A stretch of 64,000 nucleotides of DNA from Zootoca vivipara (lineage: Eukaryota). This document shows positions 11,751-24,514 of the stretch, one piece after another; the stretch's first letter is position 1, and the number at the start of each line of letters is the position of its first letter. The stretch lies in the NCBI RefSeq assembly GCF_963506605.1, contig NC_083283.1, positions 34,782,001 to 34,846,000 of the forward strand. The letters are read 5' to 3'. Position numbers and translations under genes: made by a program. Under the pieces are notes generated by a model, which saw nothing but the letters and a program-made list of their open reading frames with translations, ran no database searches and was not told where the DNA came from.

Positions 11751-13865
11751 GTTCCAGACAATAGACACTCAGTCTTCAAAAATCCAAGGTCTTCACCCCA
11801 CCTCTCATATGGGGTGGTGCAAAAAACCCCACCTTGGTTGTTGCACAGAGGGGCCTTATGCCCACTGTTATGTCAAGTTCTCACCAGAAACTGCAGCCAG
11901 TAAGTTTCCTTCCATACTCTCCTGCCAAGCAGCATACATTCCTCCAGGCTGGGTACTACAAACAAATTCCCAGGGGGTAGTGCTTTCACCCTTGTGGTGA
12001 CACCCAAAATGGCAACATTGGGCCAAACGTTTATACTGCATAGTTGTCCAACTACCACCATCAGGCAGTAGAAGGTTATTCTTGGAAAGGGAAAGGAACT
12101 ATTGAATGTCAGACTAGAACCTGCCCCTTGCTACACTAATGACAGCATGCTCAGGAGAGGGCATAATAGAGGTGGGAGGTAGGATTGAGAGAAATCCCAC
12201 CAAATTAGATGGAATTTTGAAAACAGTTATTTATATTCATCTACAGAATGCTCTGTTGCTTCATTGCAATCTGGCTTTTGCTCTCTTGTTAATGCAGGAT
12301 AATTCTATACTTTATTGACAAGAAATATAAACAGAATGGATATCTAACTCCTATGTATTATGCATCTCAGCATTTTATATTCAAATCCAAATCCTTGGGT
12401 TCTGATTTTCCACTTTCTCTGAATAACTGGGTCATCGGGTTTTTCCATTAATAACGCTTTAACAGAACATTACAAGTTTAACTCTATTAAATTTAGCCAA
12501 AGTATGATTAAACCCTTCCAATTTTAGGATCTTGTGCAACAACATTTCTTTCCATAAAAGATGAAATTAAAATCATTAAATATTTAAAAATATTTGAAAC
12601 ATTAAAGCGTTCCTTATATAGAAACATTCTAATATAATTTAAGGATGAATAAAGCCCTATTTCCCCAAGCTAGCCTAGATTCATTCTTTGAGTTTTGAAA
12701 CAATGGAACATGCCCAAAGTTGTATTTTAGATACCAAAACCAATACCTATGAGACATTTTCATAGGTAAGTTTCAACCCAGCACATGACATAACAAAGCC
12801 CAATACAAAATACAATTAGTGCTGTTCAGGATTAAGTGGCTGAGGAAGTCAACTGAATTAATTAACCGAATTGTACATTTCGGATTTAAGCCACATTAAA
12901 AGCTTTTTCACAAATGACATTTTACCTACGATAGATGTAGTGAGATGGGTGACAGACACACCATACATTTAAATAACACTTAAAGCATGTGACTTCTCCA
13001 AAAGGATCTTGGGAAAGGCGTTTTGTTAAGGAAGCTGGAAAGTTTGTTCCAGCCAAGATAACGGAGGGGACATCACTGTGCACTTGGCAGGTGCCAAGTG
13101 GAATGACTCTGAAAATATAATAAATGGGACACCTGACTCATAAGCACAAACAAAAGCTTTGCTCCCCAACACAAAGATGCACCGAGCAGCTAAGTGCAAA
13201 ATTGCACACAAGATGAATGATTCGGGGCTAGTGTAAACGAAACAGCTATCGTTTGGGGAGGGGCAAATAACCTGGTGCACCTGACTGGCTTACTACATAG
13301 AGACATTCACCAGGAGGAGCAATGTAAAGGAGCCTTAACAAAGTCCATCTCATGCATAACTGCATGATTTAGACCTGTGCAACAAGACATTGGAACAAAA
13401 CATGTGGCCAAAAAAATTGCTTATTTGGAATAGAGCTATTTGGATCCCAAACAGATTGCTTCTAAATGCAACAAATACATATACAAGGTGAATCTTGCAG
13501 TTGCTAAAGTATATGGAGAGAAAGATAGAATCAACACATGCACATACACATAAATAGAAAAAGATTTAAAAAGGTTTATATATGAATAACTCTAATTGTC
13601 TTTGCAATGTTCAATGAATGACTATTTAACAAATTAATTCCAGCCAACTTTGAACTTTTCCCCCCTTTGCCATTTCTCCTCAGTTCTCATGTAATGAGTT
13701 AATTTGGCCAATAATTTGGCCCAATTCTACATCTGTCCTTACTCTTTTAATCACAGCACGTGTGCATGTGTCTACACGCATCCTGTATTATTTACTGTAT
13801 ATTTGATTATGGCATGTAAATGTGATATGCTGAACACAGGGCTTTAAATACAGTATTAGATCCAA

Positions 13866-14787
13866 TCATTCCTTCAGTAGCACCTTAAAGACCAACTAAG
13901 TTTTTATTTTGGTATGAGCTTTCGTGTGCATGCACACTTCTTCAGATACAGTGAAATGGAAGTTTCCAGGCACTTATGTAGAGAAGGGGTGGGGAGGGGT
14001 GGGGATGGGGAGGGGGGATCACTCAGAAGGGTGGTGGAAATGGGTGATTGACTGACTGATAGCTGTTGATGACCGCAAACGACTGCAAATGGTTTTGCAT
14101 GAAAAAGCAAGGGTTGAGATGGCTGAAGATCGCTTATCATGTATAATGAGATAAGAACCCGATATCTCTGTTCAAACCAGGTCCCTCCATGGTTCTGAGC
14201 TTGGTGATAAGTTGCAATTCAGCAACTTCTCTTTCCAGTCTATTTCTGAAATTCTTTTGTAGTAAGACAGCTACTTTGAGATCTTGTATAGAATGTCCTG
14301 GGAGATTGAAGTGTTCTCCTACTGGTTTTTCTGTCTTCTGGTTCCTGATGTCAGATTTATGTCCATTTATCCTTTGGCGTAGGGTTTGGCCTGTTTGTCC
14401 AATATAGAGAGCTGAAGGGCACTGTTGGCATTTGATGGCATACACAATGTTAGAGGATGAGCAATTAAATAGTCCTGAGATGGTATGTTGGATGTTGTTG
14501 GGGCCAGTAATGGTGTTGTCTGGGTGTATGTGGCAGCAAAGTTGGCATCTGGGTTTATTGCAGGCTCTGGTACCAGTGTCCATGTTAAGTCTGGTGGTTG
14601 TATTATTGTGGGTGAGGAGTTGTTTAAGATTGGGTGGCTGTCTGTAGGCAATGAAAGGTCTTCCTCCCAGAGCTTGAGAAAGGGAGCGGTCATTGTCCAG
14701 GAGAGGCTGTAGATCTCTGATGATGCGTTGTACTGTTTTAGCTGGTTTCATGCAAAACCAGCTCCCAAGCTAAAACAGTACAACGCA
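13866..14787 (-). mobile_element. Penelope-like element, 5'-truncated: GIY-YIG endonuclease region plus pseudo-LTR
   Basis: ORF 14137-14751 contains CNKPRCQLC and NIVYAIKCQQCPSALYIGQTGQTLRQRINGH (GIY-YIG); typical pLTR TAGCACCTTAAAGACCAACTAAG. Confidence 0.93.
13912..13949 (-). ncRNA. Minimal type I hammerhead ribozyme motif in Penelope pLTR
   Basis: Minus-strand RNA GUAU-CUGAAGA-A-GUGUG(CAUG)CACAC-GAAA-GC-UC-AUAC: conserved CUGANGA, GAAA and UH boxes, stem I GUAU/AUAC, stem II, palindromic minimal stem III AGCU. Confidence 0.8.
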
Positions 14788-15930
14788 ACTCAATGAAAAC
14801 CATCAGCTGTGCGTCAATGGGGATTGGAATAGGGCAGGTCACAGAGAAGATGTGTTTCCTTCTCGTGACTTGTTCCCATAAGTCAGCATAAAGACATTGC
14901 TTCTCTTGGTGAGAAGGTAAAGACTATGCATTCATAGCAATAATTGCTTTTCTAATTCATTGCAAATATTTGAGAGCAGCAGTTCTAACACAAATAAATA
15001 GGTCAGCCTTCTGCTGAGAGAAGGTTCAACGTAACTACTAACAAAGGCATTGCTTTAAAGTCTGTGTTAAGGTCTCAGAAACCCTGAAAGGGCAGAAAAC
15101 TGTTTGGAAACAGTTTGTGTCCCCCACGGCCCCACCCTGTATTCAATATTCATCTATTGTTTTGCCTTCTGCTCTGTCAAAAACGATATTTAAAACATCG
15201 TGCCGGAAACTAAACCATTGTGGGTTGTTTTATCCTTCATGATGCCATGAATTATTCATATTATTTGATTTAATGTAATCACTTTCTTTCCTGTATTAAG
15301 TTTCTGTGAATGGTCTCCTATGCAGCTACAATTTAAAGGAACTTTATAGACAGTACTAGTGGGGAAAGCAACTGGCATTAACTGACAGTGAATTAGGCTT
15401 AGTGTCAGTTTGGGTGGGTGGGGACACAAACTTTGTAATTTAATTCTTAATCATATGTATATCCTGATTCCAATGGATGTCTCATGGTGTGTGCATGTCA
15501 GGGGCGAGTTGACATTGAAAACAACTGGAGACATAGGTAAATGAAAGTCAGACAGAGTTATGGAACCCACTGAGGATGATGCAAACACTCAACTGCAGAA
15601 CAGTATTTTGTCCTATGTTCATTCAGCACCAGGAATTATTTTGAACACCCATTAGCTCGCTCTTTCTTTCTTTCTTTCTTTGGAAGAATCAAGAAGTTAG
15701 GAAAGGGGGGAGGACTTGCTAATTGCACCAATTTTGTGCAAATTCACCCTTTTAGCAGATACAATAATTTAACCTGCTCTAAGTTGTTCGCGACTGGACT
15801 TAATTGTCAGCGGTCCCTTTACCTTTAAAGCTGAGTAAAGGACACTGGTTTCCTGTTTTAAAAGATTTGTACCTCTGATATTTCAGCTAGCAGAACTCAC
15901 AAGAATTAATGTTTTGGATATGTAGTTATT

Positions 15931-17081
15931 TCCCAGAAGTGCAAGCTGGATTTCAAAGGAACAGAGGAACTAGAGACCAAATTGCAAACATGCACTGGAT
16001 TATGGAGAAAGCTAGAGAGTTCCAGAAAAACATCTACTTCTGCTTCATTGACTATGCAAAAGCCTTTGACTGTGTCGACCACAGCAAACTATGGCAAGTT
16101 CTTAAAGAAATGGGAGTGCCTGATCACCTCATCTGTCTCCTGAGAAATCTCTATGTGGGACAAGAAGCTACAGTTAGAACTGGATATGGAACAACTGATT
16201 GGTTCAAAATTGGGAAAGGAGTATGACAAGGCTGTATATTGTCTCCCTGCTTATTTAACTTATATGCAGAATTCATCATGCGAAAGGCTGGGCTGGGTGA
16301 ATCCCAAACTGGAATTAAGATTGCCAGAAGAAATATCAACAACCTCAGATATGCAGATGACACAACCTTGATGGCAGAAAGTGAGGAGGAATCAAAGAAC
16401 CTTTTAATAAGGGTGAAAGAGGTCCCATCACCTCCTGGTCCCATCACCTCCTGGCAAATAGAAGGGGAAGAAATGGAGGCAGTGAGAGATTTTACCTTCT
16501 TGGGTTCCATGATCACTGCAGATGGTGACAGCAGTCACGCAATTAAAAGACACCTGCTTCTTGGGAGGAAAGCAATGGCAAACCTAGACAGCATCTTAAA
16601 AAGCAGAGACATCACCTTGCCGACAAAGGTCCGTATAGTTAAAGCTATGGTTTTCCCAGTAGTGATGTATGGAAGTGAGAGCTGGACCATAAAGAAGGCT
16701 GATCGCCAAATAATTGATGCTTTTGAATTATGGTGCTGGAGGAGACTCTTGAGAGTCCCATGGACTGCAAGAAGATCAAACCTATCCATTCTTAAGGAAA
16801 TCAGCCCTGAGTGCTCCCTGGAAGGACAGATCGTGAAGCTGAGGCTCCAATACTTTGGCCACCTCATGAGAAGAGAAGAATCCTTGGAAAAGACCCTGAT
16901 GTTGGGAAAGATTGAGGGCACAAGGAGAAGGGGACGACAGGACGAGATGGTTGGACAGTGTTCTTGAAGCCACGAACAAGAGTTTGACCAAACTGCGGCA
17001 GGCAGTGGAAGACAGGAGTGCCTGGCGTGCTATGGTCCATGGGGTCATGAAGAGTCGGACATGACTAAACAACAACAACAA
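15931..17081 (+). mobile_element. Bov-B (RTE) LINE, 5'-truncated, RT region to tail
   Basis: QAGFQRNRGTRDQI...FIDYAKAFDCVDH...NNLRYADDTTL RT motifs; stop near 16224; (AAC)n tail. Confidence 0.97.
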
Positions 17082-17125
17082 ATTTGTTATACCCCACCCA
17101 TCCTCCCAAAGTGAGCCCAGAGTAG

Positions 17126-17315
17126 CAGGGACAGCCCAAGACATTTTGTTGCTTGGGGTAAAACGTGCTGTCCCTCACTGCTCCTACCCTCCTGCAGATC
17201 CAGGCTTGCACCCTGTGGCAGCCCAGGAGCAGAGAAAGTTGAGTAGGCTGTGAGCGATGTGCCCCTTAGGCCGAGATCTGCCCCCTGAGGTGATGGCCTC
17301 AACTCACCAGGCCTG
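17126..17315. mobile_element. hAT MITE (degenerate)
   Basis: Left end CAGGGACAGCCCAAGACATTTTG, right end ...GGCCTG, imperfect 8-bp TSD CAGAGTAG/CAGAACAG. Confidence 0.6.
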
Positions 17316-17454
17316 CAGAACAGCTACCAACACAGAAAAATACAGCACAATAAATTGTATCACAAAAAAATAATGAAAGCAATGGTCAACATAGCACAGA
17401 TAAAATGACAGGAGTTAATATATCTACTATTGTTTACCAAGTGCATCAATGAAG

Positions 17455-18035
17455 GATATTTATTTGTTGTGTTTATATCCCACCTTTGTCTCCATGGAGC
17501 TAAAGATGGTATCCATGGTTCTCCCCCTCCTCGTTGATTCCCCAAAATAATCCTTTTGGGGTAAGTTAGGCTGAGAGGTAAGTTAGGCTGAGAGGTAGTG
17601 ACTGCCCCAAAGTCACCCAGTGGCCAAGTGGGGAGATGAACTCTGGTTTCTCAGGTCCTAGTGTGACCTTCAAGGGACGCAGGTGGCACTGTGGCGTAAA
17701 CCACAGAGCCTAGGGCTTTCCGATCGGTAGGTCAGTGGTTCGAATCCCCGCAACGGGGTGAGCTCCCGTTGCTCGGTCCCTGCTCCTGTCAACCTAGCAG
17801 TTCAAAAGCATGTCAAAGTGCAAGTAGATAAAAAGGTACCGCTCCGGCTGGAAGGTAAATGGTGTTTCCATGCACTGCTCTGGTTTCACCAGAAGCGGCT
17901 TAGTCATGCTGGCTACAAACGTCCGCTCCCTCAGCCAGTAAAGCGAGATGAGCGGGCAAGCCCAGAGTCGTTCGCGACTGGAGTTAACAGTTAGGGGTCC
18001 TTTACCTTTTTTTTACTGTGACATTCTAACCACTT
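17455..18035 (-). mobile_element. Squam2-type SINE interrupted by a Sauria SINE
   Basis: TTTATATCCCACCTTT tail, AGGCTGAGAGG..GACTGCCCCAAAGTCACCCAG core; resumes ...CTAACCACT after 18014. Confidence 0.65.
17674..18014 (+). mobile_element. Sauria SINE (Squam1), near full length
   Basis: GGGACGCAGGTGGCACTGTGG head, GGTTCGAATCCCC B-box, GGGGTCCTTTACCTTT tail. Confidence 0.93.
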
Positions 18036-21000
18036 GACTGCATTTTAAAAGTCAAAATGTACATCTGAATATGTTTCTATTATGAAACACAAACTTGCAT
18101 GAACGGTCATTCAGGTTCCAGAAGCCAAACGTAATCTAGTTCAAAAAGATGAGGTTGAAAGCAGCATTGCTCTCAAGGATATGTCCACCATTTTGCTGTT
18201 TCAGTACTACATTGTGCAAATAATCTTCTCCGTCCCACAGTGTGCTACTTTATTTAGATACACATGGAATCCAAAGGTAGACCATCCAGCATACCAGCTG
18301 ACCCCGTTTGCAACTATGCAATAAAATGCCCAAAACAAACATTTATTTGGGGCTGATCTGGCAAGGACATTTTCTAGCTTCCTTCCCCTTTATCCCAGGT
18401 GGCCGTGCTCCTTCTCCATCTCTCCCCACCACCACCACGACCCCCTGCCACGACAAACATCCTATGAAAGCACCGGTTTGGCCCCCCCATCACAATAATT
18501 ATGCATTTTTATTTATTAATCACATCTGCTATGCATTTGAACTCCCCTCTCTCTCATCAAAATTGTGAACTGGGCCAGAAGATGTGGCAGCCATGTCACT
18601 TTGTATCAGCTGCCTCTTATTTATTCCAGGACCACTTTGACCTTCAGCTATAGTGTCATGTGCTTCTCTAATGGCTCTTGTCGCTTTCTTCCTCCAGCAG
18701 CCATTGCTCCCTAGAGATTATCTGCATGGGAAGATAACTTTAGGAGCCTCTGGGGATCTGCTTTCTGTTGGCTCCCACACTGCCTTTTTTATTTATATAA
18801 AAAAAAGGAAAATCAGTAAGGGGGGGGAATCCATTTGTTCAAATCCAGAACATTTTTGTGCTTTATTTAAGGAAATCTGTGTGTCTATGGGGAAGGGGGA
18901 GAAAAACCACCCATCTCTGCAAAGCTACCACCTAATTACTGCCTGCTGAGTAGCACGGTTAAACAGAGTCAGTCAGAGAGCCTTAAAGATACAATATCCT
19001 CTCTCGTGAACTGTCTGCTTGTCAATTCAGAGTCACCCTCCTGCTTTAAATCAACCAACCACAGAGCTGTTATGAACAGCAACTGATTTCCCATGCAGCG
19101 CTGCAAAACAAAAAAATATCACACCATATCCTGTTTTTAATGGGCACAGTTTTTCAACTGCGTAACAAGAGGGAGCTGGCACTGCTGAGCCGAGCCGTAT
19201 CAGGAGAAGAAGAATGGGTTCAAGGAGGAATCAGGTGGAGGCCTTGAAGTGTTACGAGCGCAGTCCCAATTACACAAGCATTGTGATGCTTGGCCCCAAT
19301 TACAGACAAATAACAGTGGAGTATGTTCTCTTCATCACTGCTTGTAGACATTGATGGCCCTTATTATTTTTGCATGGCAGAATACAATAAACTAGTTTGA
19401 GCTCTAACTAATATTGTTTTGTTAATGCAGTGTATGTTTATGCTTTGAAACATTCCTAAAAGGGATCGCCAAAAGAGCTTCCTTCAGCAAGCTCACTTAA
19501 GTGCATGGGTGTGATTAATATGTTGCAGGAGCTTATATTTAGATCTCCTCTTGCAATATTGCCCCAGCAGAAAATATGATATACGGTATATGGGAAAGTG
19601 GTGGGAGAGGGGGAGAGAGAGAGATCTTACAATCTTTTGTGGAAGTGGGGGGAAGAAAGGAGTTATTACTTCAAAATAGAAAATTTAGACTAAAAATGGT
19701 GACCTCTATGAAAGGTTTCATTCAAATGTGGCTATGTAGGGGAAACACTGAATGTTGATAATCAGGAGATTAAAATCACAATAAGGATAAATATAGCAGG
19801 CCTACTGTATACATAATATTTTATATCCATTTAAATTAGAGATGTACTGAAGCATTTTATGCAATGAACTGAAAAGAGATATTTAGAATAGTAAGGTCTA
19901 TTTTATTCTGTTTTTAGCTTATTAGCTATTTTAATGTTTTAAATAGTTTAAATGGTGTTTTTTTACTAGTAATTGTTTTATTCTCTTTGTAAAATGCTTT
20001 GAGGTTTTTTTAAAATAATCAGGTGGAGTATACTTTTTAATTAATTAATTAATTGCAAGGTGGTGCTAATTAAAGGACATCTCTTAGTTTAGGTTCCACT
20101 AACATGCGCCATTGTTCTTATAGCCTGTCTTTCCTGAATGAAGCAAACAATTTTGCCATAGTGGCCAAATGGTGTAGCTAATACGCATCTCATATTAATG
20201 TGAAATGCTGCTCCTGGACATTATACCTATTTTAAAGCATCTTCTCTAGCCACATGATTATACTTGGAACTGTTTCAAAATGAGTTCATAGTAGGAAAGG
20301 GAGGAAGCGTCTCTTTGGATCTGCCAACTTGCACATCAAAGACAAGAGTGCTGGAAAAGTTTTGGCACAGCACTGCCATTCTGTGTAGCCACTTAGACTA
20401 CAAAGTGGAAGCTCTTTGTAGCATTGTATAAAATGGGGTTCATCTACTGACAGAAGGCAGGGAGAGGCAATGAGTGAGAATCTCCTTCCTTCCCATTCCA
20501 CCAACAGAAGTTATCACTGGATCCACTAGTCTCTCGCCAGTCCATGCACAGCCAGCCTCACCTCTCTACTAACCTTTTACGTGTCCTGTTAATCCCCCTC
20601 GGGTCCCTTTTACAAACTAAACAATGTGTGACTGCACCAACTTAACAGCAGACCAACATAGGAAATCAGCTGAAAACTCCCGGTAGCCAGGAGACTGAAT
20701 ACCTTCCCCTTGAGCAAGCCAGTGTCGTTGCTGGCCAGGTGAACAAATAACAACATGGGCAGAAGCATGTCCTGGTTCATGATCCTGCCACCCAGCCCCT
20801 GTACTGTAGCCCACTGTCTCAGGCCCGCCTGGCTGCCAGAACATGAATGTGCTTCTCAATGGCTGTAGCTGCAGATGACAATGTGAAACTGCTCCAGCTG
20901 GAGACAGACACCTGCTAAGACAAAAAGTATAGTTGAAAACAAACCTTAAGCTATTCCCCCCTCTCACTTCCTCTCACGGGAGCCAGGTGACTCGCATGAG

Positions 21001-21134
21001 AGCTCAGCACCAAAAGTGGGACATCCAGTCAGACGTCAGGGTGGCTCCTGTAATTCTGGGATGTCCCAGTCAAGTCAGGACTGTTGAGGGGTAAGTTACT
21101 GCTATTAAGTAATTAACACTTGCACTGTCATTAA

Positions 21135-21185
<51 letters not shown>
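21135..21185 (+). repeat. (AAT)n microsatellite
   Basis: Direct reading. Confidence 0.95.
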
Positions 21186-21186
<1 letters not shown>

Positions 21187-22608
21187 GGTTGAGTACAATT
21201 TGTTGCTTCCATCAAGATAAATATACACAACAAAGAATCCAACCTATATTCCAATGTCTCTACCGCTGTCACTATTCTTACTATCAATTTGCAATGTACA
21301 TGAGATTGGAATCATCAAAAGCATAATAACCGGTAGCTATTTCTGGCTGTTTCTTGGAATTAATGAATAAATAACATTTTATTTACTTACATTCACAGTT
21401 TAATGAATAGGTCTATAGGTATTTGTTTTATCTAATTATGCAGAATTGGCATTTCATAAATATAACTTGAGCATGCATTCATTTCTTCTAGATGGACAGT
21501 TTAAGTATGGCAGTAGCTATTTGATCAATTGGGGTATTACTTGGTTTGGAAACTCAGTTTGATGTTCTTTTGTGCAAGTTGTGAGTTTTTACATAGGTGG
21601 AAGATAAAATTGTAGAGATTAACATGAACAAGCCATCACCAAAGAGGACCTTAGATCTGAAGTGTTGGAAGGCATTAGGTGTTTCTCTTTGGGGTTAAGT
21701 TAACATAATGGAAATGGAAATTTCAACTCATTTGATTTATTCAATTAGAGGCCTCCATGTAACTGGACATTTGCCCAACTTTAAAAAAAAACCCACCAAG
21801 TGTTATATTCTGCAATTTTCTCTTGGATAGGAAATGACAGCTTAGCTCATTTTCAAAACTACTGTTGCCAGTTGAACAGGGAGCTTTCCACGTTCCTAAC
21901 CTTTCCATTTATCAAGCAGTCCTCTTAGTTTCACAAGCTATTAGGCAGCAGCCCAACACCTCTTTTAAGCAAGTGAAAACTAACACCATTGCATTACTAT
22001 ATGCAACAAAAACAGAGGAAACGATGGCTTGCTTACTGTAAATTCTCCAAAAGCTATGTGGAGGAAATTGGGCAAAGAATTGCAATTTGATCCATTTATT
22101 TATTTTATTACGTACATTTAAATACCACCCCATAACAAGGCAGTCACTAACCACAGTGCAAAAGGCATTATCAGTCCTGTGCTCAGCACTTTGGGAAGCC
22201 CTGAGCACAGGACTGGCAAAATGCTTCTTTCTTCTCTCTCCATCAAGTGGAGAAAGAAGTTTGGCCTTTTGCAAGCTTTGGCCGCAAGCAAGACTTTTCC
22301 CACTTGCAGACAATGCTTGCAAATAAATAAATAAAAAGGGTGCTTCCTTTGGTTTTGTGCACCTGTTCCCAGTAGGGAAGAGGCAAGCACAGTCAAAGTG
22401 AGCAGTACTTAACCTCCCACTTGTCAGCTGACAAACAGGTAGGTTAAGTCATTTTGCTTTGGCTGTGAGTACCTGTTCACTGCTGAGAACAGACCCTTGT
22501 AGCTGAGGCAGAACTGAACCCCACTCTTTTATCCATTGGTTGGTGCCACAAGTGCCACAAGCTGATTAAGAGGTTGGTATGGATTGAGGAAAATGGCCTC
22601 ATGGGTCA

Positions 22609-23315
22609 GATAGAATCATAGAGACCACAAGGGCCATCCAGTCCAACCCCCTGCCAAGCAGGAAACACCATCAAAGCATTCCTGACAGATGGCTGTCAAG
22701 CCTCTGCTTAAAGACCTCCAAAGAAGGAGACTCCACCACACTCCTTGGCAGCAAATTCCACTGTCAAACAGCTCTTACTGTCAGGAAGTTCTTCCTAATG
22801 TTTAGGTGGAATCTTCTTTCTTGTAGTTTGAATCCATTGCTCCATGTCCGCTTCTCTGGAGCAGCAGAAAACAACCTTTCTCCCTCCTCTATATGGCATC
22901 CTTTCATATATTTGAATATGGCTACCAATCACCCCTTAACCGTCTCTTCTCCAGGCTAAACATGCCCAGCTCCCTAAGCCGTTCCTCATAAGGCATCGTT
23001 TCCAGGCCTTTGACCATTTTGGTTGCCCTCCTCTGGACAGGTTCCAGCTTGTCAGTATCCTTCTTGAACTGTGGTGCCCAGAACTGGACACAGTATTCCA
23101 GGTGAGGTCTGACCAGAGCAGAATACAATGGTACTATTACTTCGCTTGATCTAGATGCTATACTGCTATTGATGCAGCCCAGAATTGCATTGGCTTTTTA
23201 GCTGCTGCATCACACTGTTAACTCATTGTCAAGTTTGTGTTCTACCAAGACTCCTAGATCCTTTTCACATGTACTGCTCTTAAGCCAGGTGTCACCCATC
23301 CTGTATTTGTGCCTT
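22609..23315 (-). mobile_element. CR1 LINE 3' fragment
   Basis: [47 protein letters not shown]; ATTCTAT-type tail at 22609-22622. Confidence 0.95.

Positions 23316-23319
<4 letters not shown>

Positions 23320-23371
<52 letters not shown>
23320..23371 (+). repeat. (CT)n microsatellite
   Basis: Direct reading. Confidence 0.95.
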
Positions 23372-23376
<5 letters not shown>

Positions 23377-24514
23377 GATTGGACCTCCAAGATTACTCAC
23401 AAGCCCACAGATACCCCATTCATGGTTTACCATAGAATTATAAAAACAAAATAAAATCTGACACAGATGAGCCAGGATCCCAGGCTAGAGATTTGAAATA
23501 TGCTCTCATCAATTCCACATTCCCCCCACCCTTAGGGACTAAAAACCTAAAGAGACAGTGAAAAATAGTAAAAACGAAGTGAAATTAAAAATGCTTACCC
23601 AAACTACGTACAAGAATTAAGGCTGCTGTCACTACAATCTTACCAAATGGAGAAGAGGTAGTTGCAGTTGGACTTGCAGAGGTAGTAAACAGATTTTATA
23701 TTGGCTGAGGGATTGTTAGGGGGCAGGAGGGGCTTTTTGATGAAAGATTACCACACTTATTCTGGTATGTTTGCATGTTCTTATATTGAAATTCAGTAAA
23801 ACAATTAATCAGAAATAGTATTGCAGTACAAGACACAAGGTAAAACAAATCAGTAGATATGACACAAAAATGTAAATACAGAAGTGTGGCCCTGGGCAAT
23901 CTTTGGCACGGGGACATCCTATTTGCAAAATCTAATGGAGAAGGTGAGCTTCGTGTTTGAAATTTTCTTATTCTCTTGTACAGATCAATCCTATCACTTC
24001 ATCTCTTTGGGAGCCCTGCTTATTTATCACATTATGAGAAAATCTGACCCATCACTCTTATCAGCCTGATAGAAGGCAGAAGGAAGAAGACTCTGATATG
24101 GCAAAAAGGAAAAGTGAGCATGTAGACATGGAAGTTCTTGATGCAGTTAAAATTGATCCCGAGGAGATTTAGTAAGGTCATTGCTATCTGATGGCTGTTG
24201 CGAGCTCTCCGTGAAAATTAATTTAATGGATTTGTTCTGCTTATTAGTGGTCATGTATTTCAAGGCCCAACTTCCCATTACATGAAGCACATGTAACAGA
24301 ACCCTGAAAACATCTCTTTCTCTTTAACAAAAAAAGAAAAGGAGAGATGGTAGAAGCAATTGGATGGTGGCTGGCTGTTCCCGTGCAGCCACACTGTATT
24401 GTCCAAGTCCTTGTTCCTTAAGAAACAGGCCAGAGAAGGTGCAGATCAGGGGTGTCCAATCATGTTTCACCACCTGAGGTAAAATGGGAAGGTGCCTCCC
24501 CCGTCTCCCCTATG

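Noticed and set aside
14137-14751. Domesticated GIY-YIG nuclease gene
   Set aside because: The start codon comes from the rearranged 5' junction of a truncated Penelope copy; no promoter or splice evidence. An open frame is explained by young age.
17674-17760. tRNA genes (also at 340-400, 44259, 55060, 60560)
   Set aside because: A/B boxes belong to SINE heads that run into SINE bodies; no complete cloverleaf.
23600-23790. Minus-strand splice donors near 23597 and 23642
   Set aside because: No convincing acceptor and stops in all frames.
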